Shown one piece after another: positions 38,279-47,880 of a stretch of 64,000 bases of DNA (the first letter of the stretch is position 1; every line of letters begins with the position of its first letter). This DNA comes from a virus. A model generated the notes under the pieces. That model searched no databases and was not told where the DNA came from. It worked only from the letters and a program-made list of their open reading frames with translations. The translations under genes and the position numbers were made by a program. The stretch is from positions 18,068 through 82,067 of IMG/VR virus record IMGVR_UViG_3300045996_001458. One strand, 5' to 3'.

Positions 38279-39277
38279 TCAATCGGTATCGATGACCAGG
38301 GGTAGTCGGGTCTGGGTCGAGAAGGCGCGGTCGAACATGTCCTCGAAGTCCTTCTTGTCCCTGGCGATGCGCATCAGGGTGGTCACCGTCGAGATCTGCT
38401 TGTCCAGGTGCGGGTTCCCGGTGTCCGCGGTGAGGAACTGGTGGTGCTTGTACGCCCGGCGGCCGCTGGCGTTCTTCGGGTTCAACGCCCGCAACTCCTC
38501 CAGCACCCCCGGGGGCAGTTGCTCGTAGACGTACTTGTTGACGAGCCTGCCGACGTAGGGCGTCCGCTTCGACGTGCCCGGCTTGTACTCCCATCCCTGG
38601 AGTCGGTAGATCTCCTGGAAGAACTCGTTGGGGAAGCGCTTCACCCAGGGCATCAGCTCACGCTGCACGTACGCCTCCAGGATGCGCTGGAGTTCGTCGC
38701 GTGCACGCACCTCCTGGTAGCCGGTGGCCTCGTCGACCAGCGCCAGGATGCCGATCCTGGCGAGCGCGCGGATCAGGATCTCCGCCATGCGGGCGACCGG
38801 CTGCTGGTTCGGGGTGAGGCGGCCGTTCTCGCGGGCTTCCAGGTAGACCTCGCACACCATGGGCAGCATCTCCGCCCGGTATCCCCACGAGCGCATGGGG
38901 TGGCCGGCCTCCTTGTAGGCGATCGGCGCGGCGAGCTCGTTCAACTCGGGCGAGATGTAGGGCTGGAGGTTCTGCGCGGACAGGAACGGCGCGCGGGCCT
39001 CGCTGCCGTGCCGGGTACTGCGGGACTTGTCGGGGTTGCGGCCGAGGACGGTCAGGACGGTGGACTGGCTCAGGACCCGCGTGCCGTCGGTGAGCACCGC
39101 GCACGAGATCAACCGGTCGCCGATGACGAGTTCGCCGACGTGGGTGGCGGTCTGGATCGTCGACCCCCAGCGGGCCTCCGCGGCTTGGCGGGCGATCTCC
39201 GCGCGGCGATGTCCGGTCAGGTTGGCCGCCCTCGCCTTGCCGCCCTCGCTCGCCTTGCTGCTGATGTCGTCGGTCAC
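38279..39277 (-). CDS. P63C domain protein
   Basis: GILALVDEATGYQ, PWVKRFPNEFFQEIYRLQGW, KHHQFLT. Confidence 0.88.
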   Translation of the reverse strand: MTDDISSKASEGGKARAANLTGHRRAEIARQAAEARWGSTIQTATHVGELVIGDRLISCAVLTDGTRVLSQSTVLTVLGRNPDKSRSTRHGSEARAPFLSAQNLQPYISPELNELAAPIAYKEAGHPMRSWGYRAEMLPMVCEVYLEARENGRLTPNQQPVARMAEILIRALARIGILALVDEATGYQEVRARDELQRILEAYVQRELMPWVKRFPNEFFQEIYRLQGWEYKPGTSKRTPYVGRLVNKYVYEQLPPGVLEELRALNPKNASGRRAYKHHQFLTADTGNPHLDKQISTVTTLMRIARDKKDFEDMFDRAFSTQTRLPLVIDTD

Positions 39278-39543
39278 AGCACCTCCACTCGTTGCTTGCC
39301 CAGCAAGCATGCCACACCGGGCTAGTTTCACCAACTCTCCGGCCAGTAAGGAACCGCCAGCTAGAGGGGCTGAAAGTGCCTGCTGGGGGTCGACCTGGTC
39401 GGCTGTTCTTGCTCGGCAAGCAGGTCATGCAGGATCAACGACGAAACGCCCCCATCCTGCCGACCCGGGGGCCAACAGGATGGGGGCGCTCGCCTGCCCG
39501 CGCGAGGGGTTCGCGGGGCTACCTGCCGGGAAGGTGGCAGGTG

Positions 39544-40230
39544 TCAGAAGTCGGCACGCGGGACACCGTCCAACTGGAGGCGCAGTTGGTGCCACTGCAA
39601 CCGCTCCAGCATCCGACCGCGGGTCTCGGTGATCCTCGCGGCGATCTTCGGCACGTGGAAGTCGAGGACGTTCACGCTGCCCGTGTCGGTCAGCCAGAAC
39701 CAGTCCTGGTACTTCGAGCGGGGGTTGCCGTTCTGGCGGAGGACGCCACCGGCGCGGAGGGCTCCGGTGATCTGGGTGACGGACAGCTTCAGGCCGTAGC
39801 GCTGGTAGAGCAACTGGGACAGCTGCTCCCAGGTCAGGGACTGCGGGTCGTCGATCACGCTGTAGTGGCCGCGCTTGCGGATCGCCGGCAGCACCTCGCC
39901 GAACACCCAGGTCTGGAACCGTTCGACCCGGTTCCGGATCACGGCATCCTGGATACGCGCGGAGACGCGCTGACCGATGGCGCGGTAGAACCCCTCCTCG
40001 GTCAGGTACCACACGCCGAGATCCTGTGGGCGCGTCAATGCGCCCACGGTGCGACCTGCGGAAACAGTGTCCTTGAACTTGCAGTGCTCGGGCAGGGTCC
40101 GGGCCAGGTCTGCGCCCTTCCTGTACCCGAGAGCCTCCGCGACAAGCATCCCGTGGACACGGAAGGCGTCATCGGTGAACTCGACCGCGATCTCGAACTC
40201 TCCGTTGTTGAACAGCTGGACAGCTGACAT
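39544..40230 (-). CDS. BRO-N antirepressor-like protein
   Basis: VAEALGY, LTEEGFYRAI, FQTWVFGEVLPAIRKRGHY. Confidence 0.88.
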   Translation of the reverse strand: MSAVQLFNNGEFEIAVEFTDDAFRVHGMLVAEALGYRKGADLARTLPEHCKFKDTVSAGRTVGALTRPQDLGVWYLTEEGFYRAIGQRVSARIQDAVIRNRVERFQTWVFGEVLPAIRKRGHYSVIDDPQSLTWEQLSQLLYQRYGLKLSVTQITGALRAGGVLRQNGNPRSKYQDWFWLTDTGSVNVLDFHVPKIAARITETRGRMLERLQWHQLRLQLDGVPRADF

Positions 40231-40392
40231 GGAGGGGCGAACCCTCTCTCCGGGACCGGCAGGACTGGTTGTCGCGCCCGGCCGGCCACCAGTCCCATAG
40301 GACCGGCCGGGCGCGCAAAAAACCCAGGACCGTCGCCCTGGGCTCGTCTTGGTGTAGCGCGAGGAGTCGCGGCTACATGTCGCGGTTGGTTC

Positions 40393-40764
40393 TCACTCGA
40401 CGTCGGACCACGGACCTGCGGTGATCGCCGGCGGGACCGGGGCCACGACGTTCGGGCGGACCAGCACGCCGGTCAGCAGCAGCTCGACCACGACCATGGC
40501 GGTGGACTGCATGTCGGGGGACAGACTCAGGCCGAACGCCAGGCCGACGGCGATCGCGGCCTTGAAGAAGCCGACGAGCGCGGCCACCAGGCCCTCGCCC
40601 TTCAGGGTCCAGGCGGTGACGACACCGAGCAGCGCGGCGACACCGGCGTTCAGCAGACCCTGCTGGTCGGTGGTCAGCGGGAAGACGGCGGCGGAGACGA
40701 GGGCGATCAAGCCGGACGCCAGCGCCAGCCAGTAGGCCGGCTCGCGGCCGAAGATCCGGTTCAT
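40393..40764 (-). CDS. Holin
   Basis: IFGREPA, four TM segments, adjacent to the endolysin. Confidence 0.8.
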   Translation of the reverse strand: MNRIFGREPAYWLALASGLIALVSAAVFPLTTDQQGLLNAGVAALLGVVTAWTLKGEGLVAALVGFFKAAIAVGLAFGLSLSPDMQSTAMVVVELLLTGVLVRPNVVAPVPPAITAGPWSDVE

Positions 40765-40774
40765 GGGGTGCCTT

Positions 40775-41758
40775 TCAGGTGGTCGGGCTGGTGTTGGCGA
40801 GCCGGCGGGTCAGCTCGTCCACGATCTGGTCGGCCTGGTCGGTGTTGTCCTCGCCGAGCACGGCGCGCACGGCGTCCTTGATGTGCGGCAGCTGCGCGGC
40901 CGCCACCTGCTCCGGGGTCGGCGTGTGCCGCTCCACGGCCGCATCCACCACGCGCTCCAGTTCGGCGGGCGTGATGTCGGGGTCGGCCGCGACCGCCGCG
41001 AGCGTGGCCCTGATCGCGGCCAGCTGCTCGTAGATGGTCGGCCCGAGCAGGTGGGTCGCCCCAGCGCCGCCGGGGCGCAGGTCGAACGCGATGGCACGCT
41101 GCGCCATCGCCAGGAACGCCGGGTAGTCGCGGTTGGCGTCGAGCGGCATGTCGTCCTCCTCGGTTCCGTTGAGTAGCGCCATGAACCGGGCGCGGGGGAA
41201 GGTGTCGAAGGTCCGGCCGCCCTCGGTGACGTAGCCGGGGTCACGCCGGTCGTCCCACTGGATCTCGGCGTGGGTGATGAACCCGACGGGGCCACCGCCG
41301 GTCGCGCGGGCGTGGTCCAACTCCGCCTTCGTCGCCCAGCGCAGCGGGATGCCGTTGTCGAGCGCGATCTTCCGCAGGCCGCTTCTGCCGTCCGGCCCGA
41401 GCGCGGACATGCGCAGCGTCTTGTCAATCCAGTTCTCGGGGACGTTGCGCCAGTCCGTGGTGCGCTTGCTGATCTCGTGGCCGTAGGTGCACGAGTTGTA
41501 GTTCGACGCGTGCCACGCCGTGTAGCCGGAGGGCAGCAGGAAGATCCACGAGTCGGCGTCGGACCCGCTGTGCCAACTGACGTCGCGGTCGGTGGTGGCG
41601 GCGTAGTGCGAGACGTTCTCGGCGGACAGGTCGTTCAGCGTGTCGAGGTCGTCGGCGCCCGCAGTGATGTGGACAACGATCGCCAGCAGGCGGTTGTTAC
41701 GGGTCGTGTAGTAGTTGGGGCCGTACGGGTTGGGCCGGTCCAGGAGGTAGAAGCCCAC
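40775..41758 (-). CDS. Endolysin, N-acetylmuramoyl-L-alanine amidase
   Basis: IVVHITAG, SWH, TAWHA..N..GHEI, THAE..RRDPG. Confidence 0.88.
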   Translation of the reverse strand: MGFYLLDRPNPYGPNYYTTRNNRLLAIVVHITAGADDLDTLNDLSAENVSHYAATTDRDVSWHSGSDADSWIFLLPSGYTAWHASNYNSCTYGHEISKRTTDWRNVPENWIDKTLRMSALGPDGRSGLRKIALDNGIPLRWATKAELDHARATGGGPVGFITHAEIQWDDRRDPGYVTEGGRTFDTFPRARFMALLNGTEEDDMPLDANRDYPAFLAMAQRAIAFDLRPGGAGATHLLGPTIYEQLAAIRATLAAVAADPDITPAELERVVDAAVERHTPTPEQVAAAQLPHIKDAVRAVLGEDNTDQADQIVDELTRRLANTSPTT

Positions 41759-41767
41759 GGGGTCACC

Positions 41768-42133
41768 TCACGCTGCTGTTGGGTCGGGGTAGAGCGGGGG
41801 CGGGTCGGAGACGTGGCCGCCGAGTTCGCGGACCTGTTCGGCGATGTTGCGGTCCCACCGCTCGTGGAAGCGGAGCCGGGTCGCCTGCGCCGCGTCACGT
41901 GCCTCCTGTGCCCGCTGCGCGGTCTCCAGCTCCGTGATCCGGCCGCGCAGCGCGGACATGTCCTCCCGGACGCCCTTCACCCAGTCGGCGCTCGCGTCCT
42001 GGATGACCTGGGCGGCCTCGGCGTTCTTGAGCCGGTTCTCGGGTCGCGCCTTGACCAGCAGAACCAGCGCGGTGATGAGAGCGGCCAGTCCCGTCCCACC
42101 ACCGAGCCATGCGGCTACGGAGGTAGGGCTCAT
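41768..42133 (-). CDS. Membrane/coiled-coil lysis-module protein
   Basis: N-terminal TM plus coiled coil. Confidence 0.65.
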   Translation of the reverse strand: MSPTSVAAWLGGGTGLAALITALVLLVKARPENRLKNAEAAQVIQDASADWVKGVREDMSALRGRITELETAQRAQEARDAAQATRLRFHERWDRNIAEQVRELGGHVSDPPPLYPDPTAA

Positions 42134-42576
42134 GATCTGCCCGCCTTGTCGATCTCCTTCAGGTCGACGGTGATCTCCCAGACCCGCCAGACGGCCGCCG
42201 TCCACACGCCGCCGACGACGAGCACGAACGACAACGCCCGCGGCCCGGCGGCGGCCAACGTCCACAGGGAGTAGGCGAAGCACAGTCCGCCCAGCAGGGT
42301 CAGCCCGGCGCGCTCGATCTCCAGGCCGCGCAGGTTCTGCCGGAACCGCACCATGGCCACGCCGAACAAGGCCAGCGCGCACCCGGCGGTGAGACACCCG
42401 AAGAACAGGTAGATCCCCCACGCCGGGATGATGCGCGCGCTGCTGCCCGACACCTTGGCCAATGCGAGGAGCGACACCGCGCCCCAGGTCATGAGCAGGG
42501 CGGTGAGGCACACCTCGAACGGCTGGTCTCCCGTCCTCACCGGAACGGGCACTTGTCCTTCTCGGATCACTATCAC
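42130..42576 (-). CDS. Multi-TM membrane protein
   Basis: Four hydrophobic segments. Confidence 0.65.
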   Translation of the reverse strand: MIVIREGQVPVPVRTGDQPFEVCLTALLMTWGAVSLLALAKVSGSSARIIPAWGIYLFFGCLTAGCALALFGVAMVRFRQNLRGLEIERAGLTLLGGLCFAYSLWTLAAAGPRALSFVLVVGGVWTAAVWRVWEITVDLKEIDKAGRS

Positions 42577-42642
42577 TGTCTCCGTACCCCCCGACAGGGC
42601 CGATGGAAAGACGAAAGGGTTGTGGCGTACGGAGACGCCGGG

Positions 42643-44373
42643 TCAGAGCGAGGTACGGCCGGAGCCGTCCAGGTGGTAGCGACGGGCGAGAGTCGCGACG
42701 GCCGACGACATCTCCGCCTGGGTGAGCGCCCGGTCGTAGACGACGACCTCCAGGTACTGGGCGTCGGCGTAAGCCCCGGTGCCGCCGGAATTCGCGCCGA
42801 GCGTGAAACCCGCCAGGCCGTAGGCACTTCCGTTGACGAGCGGCACGGACGCCGGGTCGAGACCGTGGGTGTAGACCATGGTGCCGGGTCCGTCGTAGAC
42901 GACTCCGTACACCTGCCACGCCTGGTTCCCGGCGTACGTCCACTGGGAGGCCGGGGCGGACAGGCCTCCCGCGCTGGGCGCGACGACGTTGTCCACCGGC
43001 AGTTGCAGGGACGCGTACACCCCGGCGCGACCTGACCACAGATGGCCGGTGCTCGTGGTAGTGGCGGTGCCGCACCGCGCTACGGCGAGCACCGTGAGCG
43101 GACCCGTGTAGGTCGTCGACCACGCCGAGGTCTGAAGTGGCCTCCCGCCCGTGACGTCCACCGCCTGGTGGGTGGTGTGGGCGTTGTGCCGCAGCACCGG
43201 GGCTGTGCCGGTGGGCAGCAGGGGTGACGTCTCCGTGCCGGTGTACGGCGCCCACGACGTGACCGCCGAACCGTCCGTTCCGGTGAGGTCGCTCGCCCGC
43301 CATGCGGCCAACACACCCGGCAGTGGGACCGGGTCGGCTTCGGGCAGCGGAGCGGAGGTGACCGGTGGGGCTTGCGGGGCGAGGATCGCGTCACCGATCA
43401 GGTCGGCCAGCAACGCGGACCCCCGGTCGGTGAGGTGGACGCCGTCCGGGCCGATGAGCCGGTCCACGTCGGACGCCCGGTCGATCGGGAACGCCCCGGA
43501 CGCGTCGAGGAACTGCGTGTCGGGGAGTTCGTCGGCGAGTTCCGCCAGCGCGGCGCCGAACTCCGCCCACGTGGACTGCGGTGTGGTGACGTCGAACCGC
43601 CGGTGCTGGTGGACGAGCAGGATGCTCGGCGGCTCCGGGCACGCGGCACGCACCATCTTCAGCGCCTTGCGGGTAGAGGCCTTGAACGAGACCGCCGACG
43701 AGGTGCCGTTGTAGTCGGCCCAGTCGTTGGAGCCGACCATCCAGATCAGCAGCGACGGAGACAGTGAAGCTACGGCCCGGTTGTGGGTGCGGCTCGGCTG
43801 GACGGCCTGGGCGTACAACTGCGCCGCGGTGCCGCCGTGGCCGGCGTTGACGATCCGCACTCCCCCGACCTCGGCCTGCACCCCGCCGATGGTCGTCGTG
43901 GCGTGCGCGGTGATGGTCACCGTGTGCTGCCCGTACCCCAGGTTGGGTGAGGTCCACACCCCGTCGTAGCGTTCGGACGATCCCGTCGTGCTCGGGGCCA
44001 CCGGGTGGTGGACACCGTCGATCGTCACCGTGAACGTCCCGGCCGCCATCGGACCCTGCTTGTGCTGCACGCTGACCCGCTCGCACGTCATGGTGCGGGA
44101 CATGGAGGCGTTCGCTTCGAGGCGGCGGGTGAAACGGGACAGGCCCGCGTTGACCACCGCCGTGGTGCCGGTGGTTGCCCATCCGGGGTGGTCGGCGAGA
44201 TAGCTCGCGCCACCACCGAAACGGGCGGCCAGCATGGACGCCACGGTGGTCTCCACGGCCGTCGTGTGGCCCGCGCTGTAGTGCCCGTGGATGTTGCTGG
44301 AGCCGATCATCACTGCGGTGACCGGCTGGTGCGCCCGCCACGAGTAGGCGGTACGCCACGACCACAAGCCCAT
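42643..44373 (-). CDS. SGNH/GDSL hydrolase-domain tail-associated protein with C-terminal beta-sandwich
   Basis: IGSSN, NAGHGG, GSND, DGVHL blocks. Confidence 0.8.
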   Translation of the reverse strand: MGLWSWRTAYSWRAHQPVTAVMIGSSNIHGHYSAGHTTAVETTVASMLAARFGGGASYLADHPGWATTGTTAVVNAGLSRFTRRLEANASMSRTMTCERVSVQHKQGPMAAGTFTVTIDGVHHPVAPSTTGSSERYDGVWTSPNLGYGQHTVTITAHATTTIGGVQAEVGGVRIVNAGHGGTAAQLYAQAVQPSRTHNRAVASLSPSLLIWMVGSNDWADYNGTSSAVSFKASTRKALKMVRAACPEPPSILLVHQHRRFDVTTPQSTWAEFGAALAELADELPDTQFLDASGAFPIDRASDVDRLIGPDGVHLTDRGSALLADLIGDAILAPQAPPVTSAPLPEADPVPLPGVLAAWRASDLTGTDGSAVTSWAPYTGTETSPLLPTGTAPVLRHNAHTTHQAVDVTGGRPLQTSAWSTTYTGPLTVLAVARCGTATTTSTGHLWSGRAGVYASLQLPVDNVVAPSAGGLSAPASQWTYAGNQAWQVYGVVYDGPGTMVYTHGLDPASVPLVNGSAYGLAGFTLGANSGGTGAYADAQYLEVVVYDRALTQAEMSSAVATLARRYHLDGSGRTSL

Positions 44374-44385
44374 CGGTGTCCTTCG

Positions 44386-44976
44386 TCAGAGGTTGGTGCC
44401 GCCGGTCGCTCCGGTGTCGACACCCTGGTCGATCACCATCAACTCGGTGCGGCGCACGGAGTCCGTGAACAGGCTCGCGGTTCCGGTACCGGTTTCGCGG
44501 GCCACGCAGAGGATCAGCGAGATGGTGAGGTTGGATCCGGGCACGAACACGGTGTCGATGTGGCTGGTGTTGCCCCAGCCCTCGTAGACCTGGGCGCCGG
44601 GCATCACCGTGGACGAGGTGGTGGCGATCCCTGCCGTGTTGTAGCGGATCTCGATCCGGATGGTGTCGGTGTTGACGGTCGAGGTGGGGTGCACGGTGCC
44701 GGTGGTGATCCGGTAGTTGCGGCCTGCCACGAGGGGGATGTCGTCGAGCCGGATCACACCCACCGCGGTCGTGCTGGTGGAGCCGGTCGACGGGGTGGTG
44801 CGTCGGTGTCGCTTGATGATGCCGCGCGCGGACACCGATTCGAGCGAGTCGATCCGGTCGTCCAGACTGTCGACCGTGAGATCGGCCGCGTCGGCGAGGG
44901 CTTTGATGTCGATCGGTACGTTGGGTGCGGCCGTCCCGGCCGGGTAGGGCCACGAGTAGTTCGCGGTTACGCCCAT
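44386..44976 (-). CDS. Minor tail protein
   Basis: TANYSWPYP..DIKALADAAD N-terminus; position. Confidence 0.7.
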   Translation of the reverse strand: MGVTANYSWPYPAGTAAPNVPIDIKALADAADLTVDSLDDRIDSLESVSARGIIKRHRRTTPSTGSTSTTAVGVIRLDDIPLVAGRNYRITTGTVHPTSTVNTDTIRIEIRYNTAGIATTSSTVMPGAQVYEGWGNTSHIDTVFVPGSNLTISLILCVARETGTGTASLFTDSVRRTELMVIDQGVDTGATGGTNL

Positions 44977-44977
44977 G

Positions 44978-45916
44978 TCACCTCCTCCAGTCGATGCGGA
45001 TCGCGCCGGCCATGCCGCTTTTGCTCAGCCCGTACATGCGCATGTAGGGGGCGCCCTTGATGCCGATGGAGCCGCCGGAGTCCACAAGGGCCTGGCCCAG
45101 TGAGGCGGGGAGCCCGAACCAGCCCTCTTGGCCGACCGACAACGCAACGTCGGCGTAGTGGGCACCCCAGGTGAGCGCTCCGCCCGGTTGCCAGTTGTCG
45201 GCGACCCAGTAGGCGTGCATGTTCTGCGCCGCGTACACCCCGCCCGACGTTCGGCCCAGCCAGATGGACAGTCCGGTGACGGTGACGCCGGCGAGGGTTC
45301 CTCTCGGCTGTCCGCCGTAGAACCAGGCTCCCTCGTTGGCGGTCCCGTACGTGCCTTGGATGACGTCGCCGTTGTCGTCGGTGCGCCACCCGGACCGGTA
45401 GGTTCCGACGTCCACTGCCTGGAAGGTGTGGTTGCCTGTGATCGGCGCCGTCGGAGGCGGTGGCGGTGGCGGGACGGCGACCGGCGGCGGGAGTGTGGTG
45501 CCGATAGTGTCGAGCACCAGCCCGGAGTAGATGCCGCCGCGCCAGTCGACAGCGACCTGATCCCCCACGACCGGCGTGTAGTTGCCGAGGAACGGGAGCT
45601 CCACCGTGGAGTAGCCGGGGACCGTGACCTCGATGACGGTGGGGATGAGACCGGGAACCTTGGTGACCGTGCAGACCCGAGGCAGTGGGCCGGTCACCGG
45701 TCCGACGACGTCGAGCCGCGCTCCTTGGCGGAGCACGAGCACCGGGTCTCCGGCGATCGGGATGTACCCGGCGCAGGAGAGGAGCTTGCCCGCGTGTAGG
45801 TGACCGCCGAGGTAGATGTCCACTGTGGTGGCGTTGACCGTTGCGATGGAGCCGGTGAGGACTTCGACGCCCGATCCGACCCGTCCGGCGATCTCGTCTG
45901 CCAGGGTCACGGTCAC
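44978..45916 (-). CDS. Minor tail protein
   Basis: Position; Pro-rich linker. Confidence 0.7.
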   Translation of the reverse strand: MTVTLADEIAGRVGSGVEVLTGSIATVNATTVDIYLGGHLHAGKLLSCAGYIPIAGDPVLVLRQGARLDVVGPVTGPLPRVCTVTKVPGLIPTVIEVTVPGYSTVELPFLGNYTPVVGDQVAVDWRGGIYSGLVLDTIGTTLPPPVAVPPPPPPPTAPITGNHTFQAVDVGTYRSGWRTDDNGDVIQGTYGTANEGAWFYGGQPRGTLAGVTVTGLSIWLGRTSGGVYAAQNMHAYWVADNWQPGGALTWGAHYADVALSVGQEGWFGLPASLGQALVDSGGSIGIKGAPYMRMYGLSKSGMAGAIRIDWRR

Positions 45917-47052
45917 CCCCAGACCTGCGAGCCGGGAACGGTGACGACCATCGTCATCAGCGTCGCCGGGATGGGCCAGGTGATGGACGTGACGGTTCCG
46001 GTCATCGTCCGGTCGGGCAGCGCGATCGCCACGAGGTCGTCCAGTTCCAGGGCGGGGTTGGCGACGCACTGCACGGTGATGGGCACGACGCGTTCGCTGA
46101 CGAGCCGCTGAAGTCGGGTGTAGGCGTCGGCCTCGGCGACTTCCTGCGAGGTGATCAGCGGCGACGAGTGCCCGTAGGGAACCCGGCCGAACGGTCCTCC
46201 CCACCTCAACGGCCCTGAGTCCTCGGTGACGACACCTTGTACGGCCACCCCTTCGGGGGTGGTGCCGCCGGAGATCACCGCGTTGTAGATCGACGACCGG
46301 TCCAGCTTCCGTTGCCAGCCGACGATCTGACCGTTACGACCTACGGTGACCGTCCACACCGGGTCACCGGACGGGACCTTCGGGTACAGCGACAGCGCAC
46401 CGTTCGGGTTGATGCGGGCGACCATGCCGATCACGTCGGCCAGGTCCTGGATCGCCTGGGTCCGCGAGGTCTGGTAGGCGATCGACGCCGGGATCGGCGA
46501 GTCGTCCACGGCGGACAGGTCGGCGATCGGCACGTGATCCCTCGCCAACCGCTTGATCTCCTCCACCACCGACGACAGCGACTCCGGGGCCTCGGGTGCC
46601 AGGAACCTCGCCTCGTCGATGCGGGACATCCGGTCGGAGGCCTGAACGTCCACCTGGACCGCGCGGGCCACCCACGTCGGATCGGTGGCGAGTCGGCCGC
46701 GGTAGTAGGCGTCCCACGACTCGTCGGGGTCGGAGGAGTCGATGCGATACCAGCCCAGCGACACGTAGCCCGCGGTGCCGGCACCGGTCCGCAGACCACA
46801 CCGCACCTGGAGTTCGGAGCCGAACGGGGCGAGCGGGGCGTTGTAGGAGGTGGGGATCAGCGTCCCGTCCGTGTCCCGGACGGTGAGGCTGAGGGCCCCA
46901 TGGATGGCACGTGCCGCGTCCCTCGTGACCGAACCGCCCGTGACCGGCAGGTTGGGGTACACCAGTTCCCCGTCGTACCAGGCATCCACCTGAACCAGCG
47001 GGACGAACGAACCTTCCATTGCGTCCAGGACGCTGCGACCGACCGTCTGCAC
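45913..47052 (-). CDS. Minor tail / baseplate hub protein (DUF5047-like)
   Basis: GGSVTRD, LAPFGSEL, YNAV, GPFGRVP, NPALELDD. Confidence 0.8.
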   Translation of the reverse strand: MQTVGRSVLDAMEGSFVPLVQVDAWYDGELVYPNLPVTGGSVTRDAARAIHGALSLTVRDTDGTLIPTSYNAPLAPFGSELQVRCGLRTGAGTAGYVSLGWYRIDSSDPDESWDAYYRGRLATDPTWVARAVQVDVQASDRMSRIDEARFLAPEAPESLSSVVEEIKRLARDHVPIADLSAVDDSPIPASIAYQTSRTQAIQDLADVIGMVARINPNGALSLYPKVPSGDPVWTVTVGRNGQIVGWQRKLDRSSIYNAVISGGTTPEGVAVQGVVTEDSGPLRWGGPFGRVPYGHSSPLITSQEVAEADAYTRLQRLVSERVVPITVQCVANPALELDDLVAIALPDRTMTGTVTSITWPIPATLMTMVVTVPGSQVWG

Positions 47053-47880
47053 CTACAGCCCCCTGAGCATGTCCAGATACGTCGGATAGAGGGCGAGCAG
47101 GTCGTTGTAGGTGGCCGCCTCGGCGAGCAGGTCGTCGTAGGTGCGGGGCTGCACGACGATCCCCGCTCCGGGTCCGCGGACGGTGTCGGCGGTCATCGAG
47201 TAGAGCGTCGCCCCGTCCCATCCGTCGTCCGGTGTGGGGATGTACTCGGCGATGGACAGGTAGGTGAGCCCGCTCAACTGCCGGATCAGGGTGGCCGGGG
47301 TGCGCAGGCACACCGGGTACGCCTGGTCGAGCAGCTCCTCCAACGCCGCCGCCACCACAGGGGTGCGGGCGTCCAAGGTCAGCGGCATGCCCGACGCCGC
47401 CTGACGCGTTCCACCCATCCCGACCGGTGTGGGTGATCCGACGATGCCCGCCACGGTGACAGCCATCGCGCGGGACGCGGGCAGGAAACTCGGGACCGTG
47501 ACCATCAGATCGCGTGGGGTGGTCAGGCCGACCTGCATGGCCGACGTCGGGTCCAGCGGATCCTGAAGCCATCCGTCCGTGACCGCCACTGTGACCGCGG
47601 TGCCGGTGGACTCCTCCGACGGGATGCCGGAGGAGTCGTAGCCGACGGACGTGTACACGATGGACGTTCCCAGCGGTGCCTCGTAGTCCACCACCAGGTG
47701 GTCTCCGGACACCTCCGCCCGTGACGCCCCCCGCACAACGGACCGCTGCCCTGCCCACGTGCGGTAGATGGTGATCTCGTCGACATCCACGGGCATCGGC
47801 GTGATCAGGATCTCCACCCGCGGGCAGGGGTCGGCGGTGGTGAGGGCGGTGAGCGTCGGCGCCGGTGGGGTGGTCGTCAC
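47053..47880 (-). CDS. Distal tail-type minor tail protein
   Basis: DYEAPLG motif; immediately after the tape measure gene. Confidence 0.75.
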   Translation of the reverse strand: MTTTPPAPTLTALTTADPCPRVEILITPMPVDVDEITIYRTWAGQRSVVRGASRAEVSGDHLVVDYEAPLGTSIVYTSVGYDSSGIPSEESTGTAVTVAVTDGWLQDPLDPTSAMQVGLTTPRDLMVTVPSFLPASRAMAVTVAGIVGSPTPVGMGGTRQAASGMPLTLDARTPVVAAALEELLDQAYPVCLRTPATLIRQLSGLTYLSIAEYIPTPDDGWDGATLYSMTADTVRGPGAGIVVQPRTYDDLLAEAATYNDLLALYPTYLDMLRGL

